64,000 nt of DNA from NCBI RefSeq assembly GCF_947568905.1, contig NC_079170.1, forward strand, positions 1,798,001 through 1,862,000. The letters are read 5' to 3'. Source of the DNA: Ostrea edulis. Taxonomy: Eukaryota. Made by a program: the position numbers and the translations under genes. This document shows positions 55,348-64,000 of this stretch, piece after piece (positions within the stretch are counted from its first letter, which is position 1; each line of letters opens with the position of its first letter). Under the pieces are notes generated by a model, which did no database searches, was not told the origin of the DNA, and was given only the letters and a program-made list of their open reading frames with translations.

Positions 55348-57938
55348 CGGTGACCGTAAGGCGGCCGCAATGTCTTCCCAAAAACTGTCCATCGCCTGTA
55401 CCTGTTGAACCTCTGGCCATCTTATACTGATTATAAACCACCAGATATATCGCAAGTCTTTCGGCATTCTTTCTATTGGAATGTTGTCCTTGATAATCAC
55501 TATGATGGATCGTTTTCGACGGTTATGAAAAGCATGGGTCACCGCCATTTGGACGGCGTACGAATTCCAACCACTGTCTAGAAATTATCTGTGATGACAA
55601 AGACAACTGTCCGACTGTGGTCAATACCCTGCACCAGCTGTTCAGCTTTATTCACTCCAGGAATGAAGGCTTTATCGGGAATGCTAATTTGAAATCCTAA
55701 ATTTGTCAGCGCTTGAAACATTGTTGTGCAAACCAACTGGTAATCATCTTCAGAGTATGATATGAAAGCATCAAACTGGAAGGTGTTACTCTCATTAGAA
55801 CATACCACACCTTTCCATCTGTTACGCAGACGTAGAATGACATAGTCAACATGAACACGGTATATCTTGATAGCAATTCTAACCACCAGTCCAATTGTTA
55901 GAAACAACAACATCAAGGAAGAAGTAATCAACCACACCCGAGTTTGGTATCTCTTTTCGAAAATAGCAAATTGTCTTACTTGAAGAAGTTCTGAAAAATT
56001 CGAAGATTTTTCGATGCAATTGGTTTCATTAAGATCCGCAAAGAGATTCTGATTATTCTTCATCCAACAAACCATAGACATATGGCTACAGTCACAATCT
56101 AAAATGTTTCCTTGGATGAAAATGTTTACTGTTTTAAGACTTCGAAGTACACGAAAGTCGGATGTTTCCAATCACTTGATTTGGTTACTTCGAATGTATA
56201 ATTCTTTGAGGTTTCGAAAATGTGTCACTGCATTTGGAATGGATGATAAAAAATTGTAATTAAGGTAAAGGAAATTTAATTTTGTTTGTTCTTTGAATAA
56301 AGTAGTTGGAAAATGATCAATAAAATTGTGCTGTAGATCTAACAGTTCTAAGTTTTTGAGACCGTCAAATAAAGCCCTCCTGCTTTATTCGGCTATCAAA
56401 TTGGAATTCATTTTTGATGCTCGCAAAAGTTTTAATTGTGTTAGGGGTTTAAAAATCTGAGACGAAATATTGGTGCAGTCATTGTCTGAAATGTTCAAAA
56501 CTTCTAAGTGGCAAAAGTTCATTTGCCTAATCCTACTACAAGGGAAACTTGTTTCATACAGGTCCAACTCTTTTAAAGCCTCACCTACAATGGTCAACTG
56601 AACCTCATACAAATCAAGTCCTCTGTGCATATAATTGAAGGAATATAGTATTACTTTCAACAATTTTGAAAGAGTGAGCGCAATATTTGCCTTCCAAATC
56701 CAATGGTCTAGAAATGAGACGCTGATTACATCTCTAATGTCCACATTGTTGTGATCAAGATTGAGATACTGGAGTTTAGGATAATTTTTCAAGAAATCTA
56801 CCGCAAACGACGGTTCCATATACCGAATGTGATTTTGGGAAATGTCCAAATGTTCAATACATCTTCCAAATGTAGATTTAAGTAAATTTACAGATATGCC
56901 TGCAATCCCGTTATCACTAAGATCGATAAATTTGACACAGACGTTCAAGAGATATTTACAATTATTCTCATCTGTTATAAAAACTTGTCTTATAAAAACT
57001 GGAATATTTGAGGCTGCGTAAATTTCTTCCATCCTTCGATTTTGTAAGCACTTTAACGTTTTTAACACCGCATTCAAGTCGCATAGACCCCCAAAACTCA
57101 TCGTAGTTCTCCTTAGAAAAGAAAATGAGCACAATATATCTTCAATGACTTCACGTCGTACGTGATGATTAAACTTCATTGTCTGATTAAAGATGGGAGA
57201 TTCCGATAATCCATTAAACGTGTTGTTGTCTAAGTAGAAAATGGATGAAGTTGGGTAAAATTTCAGTTTACTTAAATGCTTTAAACGTTTGAATTTGCTT
57301 CCGAATCTAAATCCTTCAAACACATCGATGTGCAATTCTGTTAAAGACGATAGTCGTGATAGTTCGTTCTCCGGATAGCTATAATTAAAAACGTGTCTAT
57401 CAAATTCATTGCCATGTATGTAGAGAATTTTCAATTCACCCAGATACGAAAATGCCCCCTTTCTTGGGGTGTGTATTTTCAAGTTGCAAAACGAAAGGTC
57501 AAGAACGCACAGCCTAGGAAGACGCCTGAAGGAAAATCTATCGATACATTTTATGTCATTGTTCTTCAAATATAATGCTGAGACATTTCTTAATAAAGTT
57601 GTTTTGATGCCTGCAAATGTTTTTGTTGATATCAAAGTAAAATTATTCCATGAAAGGTCAATTGATACTGTTTCGCCTTTAAACATTGTATTGAAATCAA
57701 GAGGAATCCTTCGATAGTTGAGGTGACTACAATTCCACAACCAACCCCGGTTTCCACACTCATCTCTCTGATGTGTAACTTTACAAAGACTTTCTCCTGT
57801 TGTAACTACATCTGAAATAAAGGTTTTCATGTAATATCAAAAGGAAGATGAAATTCCGATTTTCAAATAGAAATGCATACACTTACAATTAACTTGAAGC
57901 ATCGTAAAGAACAATGTGTAACAGACGTTCCACTTCAT
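55345..57938 (-). pseudogene. TLR: Toll-like receptor B3: open signal peptide + LRR frame (~492 aa), decayed LRRCT/TM/TIR
   Basis: Exon 1 57938-57887, exon 2 from 57811. Lesions: TCA>TAA 56387-56385, TCA>TGA 56174-56172, 1-bp deletion ~55581, and the native stop replaced by (TA)n at ~55345. Confidence 0.9.
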
Positions 57939-58212
57939 CTTCCAATTCTCTACATATTCACCTTCTATCTCAATTGAAATCGGTCTTGTATCATCAACAA
58001 TTAAGCAGTGCTAGTTTCCTTTTTAATTTTAATTAAGGAAGTGTGTCTAGCAACGAAACTGAAAAATATGCCTGAGATGTCGACGACTAGTTCTAGCGGA
58101 AAAGTATATCAAAATCAAATTAATGTAACAAGTACTAATTGTTGCAGGAAACAATAAAAACACCAAAACTACACCAAAACATCGCCTTCAACCAAGTGTG
58201 TTATGTTCTTAC

Positions 58213-58432
58213 CTACCTACCTACCTACCTACCTATCCTCTTCGCTCCAGTCGGAGCACAAGATTAATACAAGACTTCGCCACTCAGCTCTGTTTTTTGC
58301 TTTTGCCTCTGCTTCGCCCCAAGTTAAGACTCTTTAACTCATTTTCGACCGTCTTTCGCCAGGCTGTTTTTGGTCTTCCCCTTGGTCTTTTGCCTAGTGG
58401 TGTCGAACGTAAAGCCCTTTTTTGTATTGTTA
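58213..58432 (-). mobile_element. 5'-truncated RTE-clade LINE end with (GGTA)n tail, ~275 bp upstream of the B3 start
   Basis: Reverse translation GKRPRGRPKTAWRKTVENELKSLNL; (CCTA)n at 58212-58235; TTCTTAC duplicated at 58206-58212 and 58433-58439; empty site in the B1 and B2 promoters. Confidence 0.75.
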
Positions 58433-58674
58433 TTCTTACAGGTACCTCTAAAAGAATTTATTAAGAAACAAAAATGTATAGAAGCTGAAATATCATCAAT
58501 TGAGAATGTGCGTGCACACGGAAGCTGGTTGTGAACTATGACTATGTCAAATTGTTAAGCATTTTATATTTACGTACAGTTTAATCATCAGGATATTTAA
58601 TCCGATATATGAGGTCAAATAACGAACAATGATCAATCTTTTAACTCCCATAAGCAATACAAAATAGAGAATTA

Positions 58675-58760
58675 GGCATTTCACCAAAATACGAAAATCC
58701 CCACTTTCCTGGAGTATATACCACCAGGTTACAAAACGAAAGGTCAAGAAAACACAGCCT
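58675..58760 (-). pseudogene. Orphan ~90-bp fragment of a diverged TLR-B-like LRR
   Basis: Translates RLCFLDLSFCNLVVYTPGKWGFSYFGE vs B1 RLCVLDLSFCKLKVYTPRKWAFSYLKK and B3 ...FSYLGE. Confidence 0.7.
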
Positions 58761-58814
58761 ATATTGTTCTGCCTGAATAAAACTACTACTACTAAACTAC
58801 CACTATACTGGTAA

Positions 58815-59276
58815 AATTGCAACATATGATTAACATATGTTAAACATATGATTACCATATGTTTTGAAACATATGATGATCATATAAAAGGAGCACTTAA
58901 AGGTCAAAGCATGTTTTTAAACATATGATTAACATATGTTTACAATATGAATAACATATGTTTGTATTATATTATGATAAACATATAATTTGTTCATATG
59001 ATATTCACGTGTTTTTCTTACGAATTTCGTATTATCTACATGCAAAATTGTAACATCATGTTTATATTAAACATATGTTTAACGTGTAAAACTTATACGG
59101 TACCAATTTTGATGCACAAGATATGCATTTCGACAACAAATGTATCTTCAGTGATGCTCAACCGAAATGTTTGTAATCCGAAATAACAATGAAGTTTTAG
59201 AGCTATCTAGGGGAAAACAGCGTGCCAAAAAAGTGGAGTCAAATTCGTCTAAGGATAAGAGCTATGCGTGAGGGAG
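58815..59276. repeat. CATATG-rich block plus retrozyme, duplicated at ~61075-61525
   Basis: aacatatg(a/t)tt degenerate repeats and shared unique sequence (aaaaggagcactta.aggtcaa), followed by the retrozyme at the same site; the motif continues at 61741-61860. Confidence 0.8.
59084..59276 (-). mobile_element. Retrozyme-like repeat R6 (partial, degenerate HHR)
   Basis: Reverse complement reads CTGAAGATACATTTGTTGTCGAAATGCATATC; same 3' terminus as the other copies. Confidence 0.8.
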
Positions 59277-60607
59277 CGCTAAACTGACTTCATGAATTAT
59301 GTCTGTAATGTTAATGAGCAGGAACAACAGTAAAAAAAAATCCATCCATTATTCTTTATTTTCACACAACTAAATAATACATTATTTTCTGTAAGGAAAT
59401 AACGAATATGGATTGGAAACAATGTCCTGAAACTTTTCAACATGGTAAAATATAAACTTTATATGATGTTGTTAAAAACAATGGTCACTGTAATAATTGT
59501 GGTCCCACCCGGAACTACAACCCTGTCATTGGATCATGAAATTTAAAATTTGGTAAAGAACACTTACTCTTTTAAATATCTATAATCAGAATACGTCAGT
59601 TTCGAGATACGTTCGAGTTATTTCCCTTTGAAGAACTGTCGTACATAGTAAGGCGCGAAACAAATTGTTTACATGTGGGAGTGTGACGAATATTCATCAT
59701 TGCATAAGTTAATATATTCAGTATTTTTTTTCATACGCTGTTTCCTCACCTGAATTTAGCTGATACACAAACGAAGTAAGTAATAAGAATTCAGGGAATA
59801 ATTAAATACACGAATTCTTCTTATATCACGTGATTTCGTTTTTCATAGGTATCATACCCAGGGGTATTACTTTCAATATGACATTATTTTTATGTTTCTA
59901 CTTTAGTAAACCATTTCTTTTGATATTATTTTGTATTTTTTACATTTACACATCAAAAGAGAAGTTTTTTTTAAATATATTCCATCGTCTTCCTCATTAT
60001 ATCTAGGTTCATTATGTCCCACTTAGGCACTCAAAGTTCTATTAAATGTACCCCCTACACAGGAGAGCTCTTATATCGAAACTGACGTATTTAGTACCAA
60101 TAGCATTACCACCGCTGTGGTTGTCTAGAGGTAGTGTTCGCCCTGTATGCGGACGGTCGGGGTTCGAATCCCGGCCGCGACAGACCTAGGTCGTTAAAAC
60201 AGGTAATGACAGTTCCATCGCCAAACTCTCGGCATCAGGTGTCAATGTCATGTGTTCTCGGAGATGGCCTTAAACATGGATGTACTGTGTCACAGTGGGT
60301 GTGGCGCGCTAAAGAACCCTCACTGCTAAATGGCTGTATGCACCGACCAAAGTCCTAAATTTTGCAGCCCATCACCGGTCTTGGTGACGTCTCCATATGA
60401 ATTAAAAATTATGGAGAGGGACGTTAAACAAGATACAGCAAATCAATAGCATTAAAGGCTATCTTAATCAAATATGTACACATAAACACTTTATACCCAG
60501 TTTGGCCCCACCCATCTTCCCAAATATAGGGTTTCTGATCCATGCCGCTGCGGACCCCACCCTGGATCATGAAATGCTCTACATGACTAAACATTTTTTT
60601 TCTTACA
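59276..60607. repeat. Local direct duplication, second copy 62663-64000 (runs to window edge)
   Basis: Collinear from gcgctaaactgacttcatg to ttcttaca.atgt, including the SINE; offset ~3.39 kb. Confidence 0.9.
60109..60443 (+). mobile_element. tRNA-derived SINE, full length, 11-bp TSD CAATAGCATTA
   Basis: Box A-like TGGTTGTCTAGAGG, box B GGTTCGAATCC (60161), TSD at 60098-60108 and 60444-60454. Confidence 0.8.
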
Positions 60608-61331
60608 GATGTGATGTAGAGAAGAATAGTTTTGGAAATTTGTCAAGATTTGGCAGAAAATGCAAAAACAGTTGTAATGGTAGTTTTCGGTAAAAAGTGT
60701 TCAATTGTCATTACGCAACTAATTTACTGTTGTGTTCCAGTTTAATAGTATATGAAATATTTGTAGAATACAACTAAAATGAAACAAATCTATAGTTTGA
60801 TACATACATGTATGTCAAATAATAATAGAAAGAAACAAACAAGAAATTGGACAAAAAAGAAAAATACACGTCACCAAATACACTAACTAACAAGTGCCAC
60901 AGATATTCATGTCAAAACAAACTAATAATGCAGGCCTATGAAACACTTCATTTCATCCATTCATCACCTCACCGGATATCATTTAGATACACACATAAAT
61001 ATACATCTGTATGACTTGTACTACAGAACCCAGTGCATAATTATCTACATATAGCAGTCAAACCATGGAAGCAGAATTGTAACATATGTTAAACATATGA
61101 TTAACATATGTTTTGAAAGATATGATAATCATATAAAAGGAGCACTTAGAGGTCAACGCATGTTTCAAACATATGATTAACACATGTTTACAATATGAAT
61201 AACATATGTTTGTATTATCTTATAATAAACATATAATTTGTTCATATGATATTCACGTGTTTTTCTTATGAATTTCGTATTATCTCCATGCAAAATTGTA
61301 ACATCGTGTTTATATTAAAAATATTTTTAAC

Positions 61332-61740
61332 ATGTAAAACGTATACGGTACCAATTTTGATGCACCAGATGCGCATTTCGACAAATAATAACTGTTCAGT
61401 GATGCTCAACCGAAATGTTTGAAATCCGAATTAACAATGAAGTTTTAGAACTATTCAAGGGGAAAACAGTGTGCCAAGAAAGTGGAGTCAAATTCGTCTA
61501 AGGATAAGAGCTATGCGTGAGGGAGATAATCCTTAATTTTGAAATGAATTTCTAAATTTTATAACAGCAATTAAATATACATCCGTATTTTCAAGCTAGT
61601 AACGAAGTACTTAGCTACTGGGCTGTAGAGACCCTCGGGAACTAACAGTCCACCAGCAGAGGCCTCGACCCAGGGGTCATAATGTAAAACTTATACGGTA
61701 CCAATTTTGATGCACCAGATGCGCATTTCGACAAATAATG
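61332..61740 (-). mobile_element. Retrozyme-like repeat R7 (full 350-nt monomer plus partial)
   Basis: Cleavage sites at 61718 and 61368; complete HHR has core CTGAACA (G8 mutated). Confidence 0.85.
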
Positions 61741-62262
61741 ATTAATGTATGTTTGACACATGTTTATCATGTATCAAACATATGTTTAACATGTATTAAA
61801 CATGTATTTAACATGCATTAAAAATATATTTAAGATATGTTAAACATATATTCATCATGTTGAGAAACACAATAATCGTGAAGTGACACACAGTATATAT
61901 ATGTTTTTGAACATTTCTTTAGCTTGTTTGTTGATAATATACAGTAGGGAAATGTTAGTATTACTCCGTGATCAATAAATATCTATTTTGTTTAGATGAT
62001 TTCTATGATGTTGATATACATGCCATCAACGTTTACCATCTTTTGGTCGCACATGCAATTTAGAAGTACCTCTCCAGAAAAAAAGAAAACAATTCATATC
62101 GGAAGGAATAAGCATTTATTTATGTCGCTGAGTACATAGTTATTATTCGGTTTGCGCTGCAACTTTAATCCACGTCCAGTAGTAGTGGCTGCATGATTGC
62201 AATGCCCTCTGTATCAACTTTCTTGGTGTCTACTTATTTCTGAAAGAAAAAAACTAAGATAC

Positions 62263-62609
62263 TTGTTTACATAAATTAATACCCCACTGTGTCCACTTAT
62301 TGGGCTTCCCCCAATTAAATATAAAAACAAAATCTAGATACATTTACACCACATCATTCTATTTTCTATGGACTTTGCCCCGTCTTTAAAAAAATGTCAT
62401 GTTTCTTACTTAATTTAAATTCTTTATGGTCCCAGGATTGGTTTAAAAAATGTTGTAGTGAAATGAAAAACATTATGAAATGTCAAGGTCAAACATTCTG
62501 AGAATCAAAAAAGAATGATGTGGTGTTAATGTATCTAGATTTTCTTTTTACAGTTAATTGGGGGAAACCCCATAAGTGGATGCAGTGGGACATTAATTTA
62601 TGTAAACAA
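62263..62609. mobile_element. ~345-bp MITE-like foldback with ~105-bp inverted arms
   Basis: tgtttacataaattaat..cccccaattaa..aatctagatacatt.acaccacatcattct recurs in reverse complement at 62505-62609. Confidence 0.75.
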
Positions 62610-63495
62610 TTTTTAAAAAAAATACCAACAGAAATAAATCAAAGTACTGAAAGTACTGAAAAGCGCTAAACTGACTTCATGAATTATGTCTGTAATGTAA
62701 AAGAGCAGGAACAACAGTAAAAAAAACTTCATACGTTATTCGTTATTTTCGCACAAATGAATAATACATTTTCTGTAAGGAAATAACAAATATGGATTGG
62801 ATACAATGTCCTGAAACTTTTTAACATGGTAAAATATAAACTTTATATAATGTTGTTAAAAACAATGGTCACTATAATAATTTTGGTCCCACCCGGAACT
62901 AAAACCCCTGCATTGGATCATGAAATTTACAATATGGTAAAAAAAACCCACCTGCTCTTTTTAAATATCTATAATCAGAATACGTCAGTTTCGAGATACG
63001 TTCGAGTTATTTCCCTTTGAAGAACTCTCGTACATAATAAGGCGCGAAACAAATTGTTTACATGCGGGAGTGTGACGAATATTCATCACTGCATAAGTAA
63101 ATATATTCATTATTTTTTTCATATGCTTTTTCATCACCTGAAATCAACTGATACGCAAACTAAGTAAGTAATAAGAATTCAGGGAATAATTAAATACATG
63201 AATTCTTCTTATATCACGTGATTTCGTTTTTCATAGGTATCATACCCAGGGGTATTACTTTCAATATGACATTATTTTTATGTTTCTACTTTAGTAAACC
63301 ATTTCTTTTGATATTATTTTGTATTTTTTTCATTTACACATCTGAAGAGAAGGCATCTTTCATACATTTTATCGTCTTCCTCACTGACTGTAGGTTCATT
63401 CTGTCCCACTTAGGCACTCTAAGTTCTATTAAATGTACCTCCTGCACAGGAGGGCTCTTATCTCGAAACTAGCGTATTTAGTACTAATAGCATTA

Positions 63496-63833
63496 TCACC
63501 GCTGCTGTGGTCTAGAGGTAGAGTGTTCGCCCTGTATGCAGACGGTCGGGGTTAGAATCCCGGCCGCGACAGACCTAGGTCGTTATAACAGGTAGTGCCA
63601 GTTCCATCGCCAAACTCTCGGCATCAGGTGTCAATGTCATGGGTCCTCGGCGATGGCCTTCAAAACGGATGTTCCGTGTCACAGTAGGTGTGGTGCGCTA
63701 AAGAACCCTCACTGCTCAATGGCCGTATGCGCCGAACAAAGGCCTAAATTTTGCAGCCCATCAACGGTCTTGGTAACGTCTCCATATGAATTGAAAATTA
63801 TTGAGAGGGACGTTAAACAAGATACAGTAAACC
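63496..63833 (+). mobile_element. Second copy of the same SINE insertion, duplicated with its flanks
   Basis: Same sequence, same AATAGCATTA TSD and flanks. Confidence 0.8.
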
Positions 63834-64000
63834 AATAGCATTAAAGGCTATCTTAATCAAATATGTACACATAAACACTTTATACCCAGTTTGGTCCCAC
63901 CCATCTTCCCAAATCTAGGGTTTCTAATCCGCGACGCCGCGGCCCCCAACCTGGATCATGAAATGATCTACATGACTAAGCAATTGTTTCTTACAAATGT

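Larger units (their letters stand above)
1..58610. repeat. Tandem segmental array of three [TLR-A + TLR-B] units (I: <1-20797, II: 20798-43590, III: 43591-~58610)
   Basis: Collinear paralogous genes and spacers at offsets of ~21.1-22.8 kb (e.g. ORFs 9401/30928, 13129/34652, 20798/43591). Homology to the B1 upstream region ends near 58610. Confidence 0.95.

Noticed and set aside
36932-56387. Three nonsense mutations all arising from Ser TCA codons as a directed process
   Set aside because: TCA is one substitution from both TAA and TGA and common in AT-rich CDS; n=3 is uninformative.
57812-57830. ATG at 57830 (MKTFISD) and the TTG starts at 1851, 23173, 36874, 45966 as true starts
   Set aside because: The 57830 ATG is intronic and absent in B1/B2; no signal peptide results, whereas the conserved upstream exon supplies one.
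60109-60185. tRNA gene (also ~63500)
   Set aside because: Only A/B boxes are tRNA-like; it continues into a 335-bp body with a TSD, i.e. a SINE.
59500-60700. Cg170/Helentron-type satellite monomers (ggatcatgaaattt.. motifs)
   Set aside because: Only short degenerate motifs and no tandem periodicity; cannot be assigned without a library search.
62070-62256. Minus-strand exon suggested by a strong polypyrimidine-AG and a later GT
   Set aside because: All three frames hit a stop within ~30 nt of the acceptor, and no partner exons were found.

Overview
AT-rich animal genomic DNA; the repeat content suggests a bivalve, probably an oyster (inference). Most of the window (1 to ~58.6 kb) is a head-to-tail array of three ~21-23 kb units, each with two diverged minus-strand Toll-like receptor paralogues, here called A and B (transcription order B3>A3>B2>A2>B1>A1). 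All six genes have a 52-nt signal-peptide exon missed by the ORF track, a short phase-1 GT-AG intron and one ~2.47-kb exon (LRR-LRRCT-TM-TIR; 838 aa when intact). Only A2 and A3 are intact; A1, B1, B2 and B3 each carry different disabling lesions, and A1 and B3 could yield secreted ectodomain-only proteins. A and B ectodomains are very different, yet their TIR regions share a 56-nt identical tract, suggesting gene conversion. Spacers are packed with mobile DNA: seven copies (about four independent insertions) of a ~350-nt non-coding repeat carrying a minimal type I hammerhead ribozyme (retrozyme-like), many Naiad-like Penelope-like element (PLE) fragments, a C-terminal GIY-YIG PLE, CR1/L2 and RTE LINE ends, tRNA-derived SINEs and foldback elements. 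Beyond ~58.6 kb lie an orphan TLR-B-like fragment and local duplications. All alignments were done by eye; repeat boundaries are approximate.
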